Below the pieces are notes generated by a model, which did not search any database, was not told where the DNA came from, and worked only from the letters and a program-made list of their open reading frames with translations. Made by a program: the position numbers and the translations under genes. From positions 1 through 16,989 of the forward strand of contig NW_021825046.1 of the NCBI RefSeq assembly GCF_006345805.1: DNA of 16,989 bases, given 5' to 3'. This DNA comes from Octopus sinensis (lineage: Eukaryota). Positions within the stretch are counted from its first letter, which is position 1; every line of letters begins with the position of its first letter. Shown piece by piece: positions 10,273 to 16,989 of the stretch.

Positions 10273-10431
10273 ATTTATTTCTTTATTGCCCACAGGGGGC
10301 TAAACACAGAGGGGACAAACAAAGGGATTAAGTCGATTACATCGACCCCATTGCGTAAGTGGTACTTATTTAATCGACCCTGAAAGGATAAAAAGCAAAG
10401 TCGACTTAGGCGGAATTTGAACTCAGAGACG
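10273..10431 (-). mobile_element. 5'-truncated monomeric copy of the SINE at 5795
   Basis: The reverse complement matches about 5860-6030 (ctgagttcaaattccgcc...tttgc...gtcgattaaataagtacc...ggggtcgatgtaatcgacttaatccctttgt...tgtgtttagcccc) and ends in aaagaaataa. Confidence 0.85.
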
Positions 10432-11244
10432 CTATAGAGACGCTCATATATTTGAATCAATGAAGATTTGTGTTGATGATTGAGAACAAATCTACTTGGT
10501 CTATAAAATAAGGGCTTATTAAATTCAACTGTTTACTGAATTGCAACTCTGACCTTTGCAATATCGATAATTCAAGAAACGAAAGATGTGGAGTTGCATG
10601 GCAATATAGAAACAAACACATAAGCAAAAGCAGTGAATATGATTATATAAACGGTACATCGACCTTTAATTGGCCGCTTCCCCATCTTGTTATAAAATGC
10701 AACCTATATTTATTCAAATGTAACACATAGAACACATGATATGTATTGTTATTCACGTGTAAAAGTGAACGTAATGTTTTCATATCTTTAGTATCATGAG
10801 CGTAAATCACACAAAAGAAAGTAGAGCAGTCATTGTGAATGAAACATCAACATTAACGGACAATAGAATAATCCTTTTCATTATATAACCCCCATGTCAG
10901 TTTATGGCAACACTCTTATTAGGATCTACTTTGGATAGTTAGCAGTTTGGAAACGATTCGCAAATCCATCGCTTTTGATTATACAAAAGATTGTAATAAA
11001 AGATCTTTTGATGTTTGACGAATATTATACCTGGAATTATAAACGAAGAGGAAAACTTGTATAGTCCATTGACGAATCTATTTTATAGCATATTATTGTC
11101 CTATTTAAATGCCAGTTATATTTGGATAGCGAATGTATTAAGCGGCCCTTTCGAGTGTATGAATCTAAACATATGCTGCAAGAAGCTTTCTCTGAAGGGA
11201 TTTCAAGTAAGCTCTCTGTGGCATTTTGTTTTGCAGTAAGATGC

Positions 11245-11245
<1 letters not shown>

Positions 11246-11296
<51 letters not shown>

Positions 11297-11305
11297 GAGA
11301 GAGAG
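11246..11305. repeat. (GA)n microsatellite
   Basis: Seen directly. Confidence 0.95.
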
Positions 11306-11455
11306 GGAAACGTTTCAGAATGTGATATAACGTTGTGAGGGTAAATATTAGGGTGGTTTGAATTACATGCAAGAGAATAGTCTTGTCTTGTGTGATCGTA
11401 CTAGAAACAGCGGAGTCTTTAATTTACTTCACCATAACTGCAGATCCCCTTAAGA

Positions 11456-11927
11456 TCATTATCATCATCATCATCGTCGTCGTCGTCGTCGTCATCATCA
11501 TCATCATCGTTTAACGTCCGTTTTCTATGCTAGCATGGGCTGGACGGTTCGACTGGGGGCCTGGGAAGCCAGGAAGCTGCACCAGGCTCCAGTCTTGATC
11601 TGGCAGAGTTTCTACAGCTGGATGCCCTTCCTAACGCCAACCACTCCGAGAGTGTAGTGGGTGCTTTTTACGCGCCACTGGCATAGGGGCCAGAGGAGTC
11701 TGGTAAAGTCCACGATCGGTTGGTGCTTTTTACGTGCCACCGGCATAGGGGCCAGAGGAGTCTGGTAACGGCCACGATCGTTTGGTGCTTTGTACGTGCC
11801 ACCGGCACAGGGGCCAGAGGAGGCTGGTAACGGCCACGATCGTTTGGTGCTTTTTACGTGCCACCGGCACAGGGGCCAGAGGAGGCTGGCAATGACCACG
11901 ATCGGTTGGTGCGTTTTACGTGCCACC
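11456..11927 (-). mobile_element. SINE-like element 3' part with a (GAT)n/(GAC)n tail and an internal 62-bp tandem array
   Basis: The minus strand ends ...gcgttaggaagggcatccagctgtagaaac...acggacgttaaac followed by (gat)n. The 62-bp units start at 11660, 11722, 11784, 11846 and 11908. The tail type matches the RTE tail at 8124, which is only an inference about its partner LINE. Confidence 0.65.
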
Positions 11928-12155
11928 TAATTATATTTATAGTCTATGTGTTTATAATGTTTAGGATGTCTTGGCAACATTACAACACACATTTAAACCA
12001 CAGAGAAGCTTATAACTTATAAAAATATAGCATTTCATTAGTTTTTTAAGTTGTTGCTCAATATGTGTGAAGCGTTCTAGTTTTGAACCTACTTCCTTTG
12101 AAAGCTTCGTTGTAATAAAGAGCAATACGGTTGAAGGATGTTTCATACTTACTAT

Positions 12156-12536
12156 CTCTTTACTCCTTTTACTCTTTTACTTGTTTCAGTCATTTGACTG
12201 CGGACATTCTGGAGCACCGCCTTTAGTCGAGCAAATCGACCCCAGAACTTATTCTTTGTAAGCCCAGTACTTATTCTATCGGTCTCTTTTGCCGAACCGC
12301 TAAGTGACGGGGACGTAAACACACCAGCATCGGTTGTCAAACACAGACACACAAACATATACACATACATATACATATATACGACGAGCTTCTTTCAGTT
12401 TCCGTCTACCAAATCCACTCACAAGGCTTTGATCGATCCAAGGCTATAGTAGAAAACACTTACGCAAGGTACCACGCAGTGGGACTGAACCCGGAACCAT
12501 GTGGTTGGTAAGCAAGCTACTTACCACACAACCACT
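12156..12536 (-). mobile_element. tRNA-derived SINE with internal microsatellite and (AAAAGAGT)n-like tail
   Basis: A-box TGGTTGTGTGG, B-box GGTTCAGTCCC and CORE-like gtaccttgcgtaagtg. Highly similar to 16204-16624, but lacks a segment of about 19 bp (gcaatgctagggggacaaa). Confidence 0.9.
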
Positions 12537-12604
12537 TTTGCATCTATCCAAGGTGTACAGCCTCTCGTTGCAAGTCATTGTTAAATCTATTATAAGCAGT
12601 ATTT

Positions 12605-12828
12605 GTACAGTTCTGTATTTAAGAGATGAAGAATTATGTACATTATTTACATTATTTACATTTTTGACGGATATTTGTCCTCATCTTGTTTGTTGTTAAA
12701 ACAACGTTTCGACTGATATGCTCTCCAGCCTTCATCAGGTATCTTGGGGAAATTTGGAACCTGGGTTCTCATTCCTAAGGTATTTTTCGATGTTATTATT
12801 ATTACTATTATTATTATTATTATTATTA

Positions 12829-12860
<32 letters not shown>

Positions 12861-12928
12861 TGGTCACTGCTTGGAATCGAACTCGAAATCTTGGGGTTAG
12901 TAGCTAGCGCTCTTAACCACTACGCCAT
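12605..12928 (-). mobile_element. tRNA-headed short element: A/B box + (AAT)n + hammerhead motif + (TGTAAATAA)n tail
   Basis: A-box TGGCGTAGTGG (12927-12917), B-box GAGTTCGATTCC (12884-12873), (AAT)n at 12859-12792 and hammerhead core at 12743-12698. The extent below 12641 is uncertain. Confidence 0.75.
12698..12743 (-). ncRNA. Minimal type I hammerhead ribozyme-like motif (left arm)
   Basis: GAUAC-CUGAUGA-A-GGCUG(gagagcauau)CAGUC-GAAA-CG-UU-GUUUU. Stem II is 5 bp. Stem I has one U-U mismatch. Confidence 0.55.
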
Positions 12929-12962
12929 AAACCCAAGATTCCGAGTTCGATTCCAAAAGTGA

Positions 12963-13033
<71 letters not shown>

Positions 13034-13181
13034 TCGAAAATTACCTTAGGAATGAGAACCCAGGCTGGAAATTTCCCCAAGACACCTGAAGAAGGTTGGA
13101 GGGTATATCAGCCGAAACGTTGTGTTAACAACGAACAAGATGGAGACAAATATTCGTCAAATGTAAATAATGTAAATAATG
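12928..13181 (+). mobile_element. Second, A-box-less copy of the same element in inverted orientation
   Basis: Reverse complement of 12641-12899. By hand count there are about 19 substitutions and 2 small gaps in about 194 non-microsatellite nt. B-box GAGTTCGATTCC is present and (AAT)n spans 12967-13031. Confidence 0.85.
13081..13126 (+). ncRNA. Minimal type I hammerhead ribozyme-like motif (right arm)
   Basis: GACAC-CUGAAGA-A-GGUUG(gaggguauau)CAGCC-GAAA-CG-UU-GUGUU. Stem I is 5 bp and stem II is 5 bp. The predicted cleavage site is 3' of 13121. Confidence 0.65.
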
Positions 13182-13660
13182 AGCAGGATTTATATCTTAT
13201 GTCAAAGATATTAATCAATTAAATATATGAGTACTTTGTGGCCTTTAAATTAAACTCTATGAATATAATGATTAACGCCTTCCATATAGCATCCATTTTC
13301 TTGCAATTTAGCCCTCATAAATTGAGAAACATTACCATCAAGCTAAAGGTCAATTTCTGCTGAGCAGAATGTCTTCGGAAGTAAACCAAAGACATGCAGT
13401 TCTATTAATTCTTAAATATCATTCAAATCGTACAATCCAATGGCTTTGTCTCAAATTTTATGTCCATTACAATTAACCTGGAAAAAAATTGTAAATTAGC
13501 AGAGATTTCCAAGCGTGTATAATTCTTGTAATTTTACTGTGTGTATCACTCTGTAATAAAACTATCGAATCATAAAAGTTTTTATGAGGAAGGACATAGT
13601 TATTAACTGACAGAATATTGAAATGATAAAATTACTGTTGTTGTAACACCTCACTTTTTA

Positions 13661-14540
13661 TACGAGAATTTTTTAATGTTATTTTATTCACTTAGTTTTA
13701 TGTCTGCGCTTTTATTACCTTCAAAATATTCTCCATTTAAAGCAATGCATCGGCCCAGGCGCGTTTTCCACTGTCCGAAGCAATACTGGATGGAACATTC
13801 GCGATGTGGTGCCTTTTGATGCCTCCGTCGTTTTTTTTCTTCACCTTTTCCACAGCTGCAAATTCTGTAGCACCAGCTTTCATCACCGGTGAAGACCTTC
13901 GGAAAAGGTCCGGATCAACTTCTAACTGTTCTTTCAGTCCTTGACACGTACTCGGTCGTAACTGCTTTTGATCATCCGTGAACAAACGAGGTCCAAATTT
14001 TGTTGCAACTCTTTTCATTTGCAATTTCTCACTCAAAATTCGTTGACAGGAGCTCCAGGACACACCAATCATATCAATAAATCCATCAATTGTTCGGAAA
14101 CGGTCCTCCAAGATCAGTTAATGTAATTTCATGATGTTTTTATTAGGTTCAGAAGGTCGACGGTCGTCCCGAACGCGGTTGGTCTTCAAGCGACAAGTAA
14201 CCATTCCTAAATCGTGGAAACCACTCCTAAACTTGTGTCTTGCACGTGGCAGCGACCTTGTAAACTGTTTGAAGCACGATAACGCTTTCAGCGGCTTTTC
14301 CCGCAGAAAACAAAAATTCACGGAAATACACTATTCGTTCGTTTCAGCCATCGCGAAAAAACAGGAGAGAAGCACTGAAAAACAAAGATACACCACGTGG
14401 GAGTTCGATTCCCCACGACGCCGCCGGTCGGCAGACTGATGCGTGAGGGTTGCACTAAGTGACTTCAAGCAGCAGAAGCCTAACCTACAACGGGCTTGTC
14501 TAACAGAAAATGTTTCCGGTTACTTTTGGGTACCCCATAA
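13661..14540 (-). mobile_element. Internally deleted, decayed mariner (Tc1/mariner) DNA transposon
   Basis: ATG at 14351: MAETNE*CISVNFCFL... HTH, then EDQPRSGRPST, RTID...IGVSWSSCQRILSEKLQMKRVATKFGPRLF (WVPHEL-like) and TGDESWCY. This is joined directly to FAAVEKVKKKTTEA...QYCFGQWKTRLGRCIALNGEYFEG, with a stop at 13684-13686. TIR-like ggggtacccaaaagtaaccggaa lies at 14536-14514. Confidence 0.9.
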
Positions 14541-15001
14541 TTGTAGTTTAAAGAATGATAATATTATCTTTTATAAAATCAATTGTTTCGAGAAAGGGTG
14601 CCCTCTGTTTCTCGGAGAGGTAAGGCACTTTATGACAGACTCTTTGAAAATTTGAGTACGAGTACGAAATTAGCGAATTTGTTCAGAAATATCCATAGAA
14701 CATACAATATATGTTCATACAAAAATAAAGGGAAATATCACGTCTTCTGCATTTGGCTGCTGAATAAGTCAGCGTCTGACGCATTACCTACGTTCTTTTT
14801 CGCGACTAATAAAATACCGATGCACTGTTGACATCAACATTTCGATGAACGACTGCATATCTTTGGTTGTATATTGTCACGCTACTTCCCTACATCAATC
14901 GCTTGTATAATCGTTAACACCAAAGCCATGCTTACAATACAACAAACTTTACTTTCTCATATATATATATATATATATGTAATTATAAACATGATTATAA
15001 T

Positions 15002-15105
15002 CAGGGGCCAGCTAATTGCTTCGCCATGCACCGAGTTAGAAATACGAGTTAAATGCCTTTTCTACTACCATAAAGAACTCCTGGACAGCAATTAGCTGAT
15101 CCCTG
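15002..15105. mobile_element. 104-bp hAT-like MITE
   Basis: 19-bp terminal inverted repeats starting CAGGG (17/19 match; 15002-15020 and 15087-15105). They are flanked by the 8-bp direct repeat ATTATAAT (14994-15001 and 15106-15113). Confidence 0.75.
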
Positions 15106-15243
15106 ATTATAATTGTAGAATATCTGAATAATTTTACCTAAAATGGTTATTTTAACGTACCGACTACTTGGCAAAATTATTACTCATTACTTAATTTATT
15201 GGTTAATTAATGAATTAATTTTACCCTTTAGTATTATTGAAAT

Positions 15244-15530
<287 letters not shown>

Positions 15531-15560
15531 CTAGCAAACGCACCCGTCCTTTGGACGGTT
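15531..15560 (-). mobile_element. Helitron-type 3' terminus (5' end not located)
   Basis: Minus strand CCGTCC(AAA)GGACGG hairpin, 9 nt, then CTAG followed by T, the canonical Helitron 3' end geometry. Confidence 0.55.
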
Positions 15561-16203
15561 TAAGTTGTTTTCCTGGTATTTTTTTCACTAAATAATTAAA
15601 CTACCGGGAAGGTTTATGAGTAGCACGGCAATCTGTTTCCGATTAACCTAGGAACGGAAAATCAAACTGAAGGCTGGTTGTTGTGGAGGTCGTTGAACTT
15701 TTAATGATTATAGAACATATAAGTTTGCATGCCATGTAAAGTAGAGCTACTGAAGTGTTTTGGGAGTAGATTACGGATAATGACTACAAAATATAGTTGT
15801 TTTACATGAAAGCGAAATTTCTTGTCAGAAACAGCCACATAAATGGTCTGAGGAAATTGAAGGAAAATATTGAAACTTCCCCTCTGCGAGTTTATTTTTT
15901 TCAACGGCAGAGGGGGCTATTTTTTTCGGAGAGAAAAGCTAACAAAAGCCCCTTCATTCTATCTTCTCACATAGCGTGCACATAAACTAATAACGAATGC
16001 TGCATTAAGTTAAATTAGTATGGAGCTTCCTGAAAGATGCGTATAGACTTCGCTAATAAATAGACGAATGTTGAAAAAAAGAGCAGTGATTTTTAACTCA
16101 CAGCATTCAATAATTAAACATTCATAATTGGAATGAATAAATAAAATTGAAAAAGAAGTATTTATGGAATTTTGATTTACTGTCAGGTGACTTTTGGCCA
16201 ACC

Positions 16204-16624
16204 CTTACTCTTTTACTCTTTTACTTGTTTCAGTCATTTGACTGTGGCCATGCTGGAGCACCGCCTTTAGTCGAGCAAATCGACCCCGGGACTTATTCTT
16301 TGTAAGCCCAGTACTTATTATATCGGTCTCTTTTGCCGAACCGCTAGGTGACGGGGACGTAAACACACCAGCATCGGTTGTCAAGCAATGCTAGGGGGAC
16401 AAACACAGACACACAAACACACACATGCATATAGATACATATATATATATACACATATATACGACAGGCTTCTTTCAGTTTCCGTCTACCAAATCCACTC
16501 ACAAGGCATTGGTCGGTCCGGGGCTATAGCAGAAGACACTTGCCCAAGGTTCCACGCAGTGGAACTGAACCCGGAACCATGTGGTTGGTAAACAAGCTAC
16601 TTACCACACAGCCATTCCTACGCC
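16204..16624 (-). mobile_element. Full-length tRNA-derived SINE (same family as 12156)
   Basis: Head ggcgtaggaatggctgtgtggtaag, B-box GGTTCAGTTCC, CORE-like accttgggcaagtgtcttc, internal TA/TG run and (AAAAGAGT)n-like tail. Confidence 0.9.
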
Positions 16625-16859
16625 TATGTATATAAAACAAAAAAAAAACATGAAGTCATAGATGAGAAAATACTGGAAAAAAACCCAAAACAAAACAAAG
16701 AAGGCTGTTACGGAAGGCAATAACAGCCATAACAATAAGCAATTACAACTCGGTTTTTAACACCGTAAGATTTAATTGAATTAATTTATTTATTTAAGAA
16801 AAAATACAATAAAGAAAACTAGTTCGTAATTGGTTTCTACAACAACGTTAATGATTTAT

Positions 16860-16989
16860 AACAACAACAACAACGACAACAATAATTAGACCAAGAAAAA
16901 AAATTAACAACAGCCACAACAATAACAACACAACGAACAACAACGATGGCATTATGCAGTAATAATAAGCAAACAGAAATCGACAATAA
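16860..16989. repeat. Degenerate (AAC)n/(AAT)n tract
   Basis: Seen directly. Confidence 0.7.

Noticed and set aside
11660-11927. CRISPR-like regular array, also considered for 8151-8928
   Set aside because: There are no unique spacers; whole units are repeated. The context is eukaryotic and no cas genes are present.
12860-12928. Functional tRNA gene, also considered at 494 and 16560-16624
   Set aside because: A and B boxes are present but acceptor and anticodon stems do not pair properly, and each head runs into a repeated SINE body.
14395-14416. B-box-like gagttcgattccc in the mariner 5' region
   Set aside because: There is no upstream A-box and the T-arm pairing is poor.
15028-15053. Resemblance of gcaccgagttagaaatacgagttaaa to the SpCas9 guide scaffold
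   Set aside because: The matching pieces are short, in the wrong order and inside a eukaryotic MITE. This is coincidence.

Overview
Eukaryotic, AT-rich, non-genic window made almost entirely of microsatellites and transposon debris. It is most likely an intron or intergenic DNA of an octopus-like cephalopod; this is inferred from SINE families I recall and was not verified. No intact host gene, rRNA, true tRNA gene or CRISPR array is supportable. Recognisable elements: several tRNA-derived SINE families, a Ty3/gypsy RT fragment, a decayed R4/Dong-type RLE LINE ending in (TAA)n, a 216-bp tandem array of an RTE LINE 3' end, an internally deleted mariner, a 104-bp hAT-like MITE and a Helitron-type 3' end. 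The most interesting signal is three minimal type I hammerhead-ribozyme-like motifs sharing the core CUGANGA-A-stemII-GAAA-CGUU. One lies in a Penelope-like fragment (1518-1552). The other two lie in a head-to-head fold-back pair of a short element built as tRNA head + (AAT)n + hammerhead + tail (12605-13181), a candidate Pol III-transcribed, ribozyme-carrying SINE. Coordinates and mismatch counts were done by hand and element edges are approximate.
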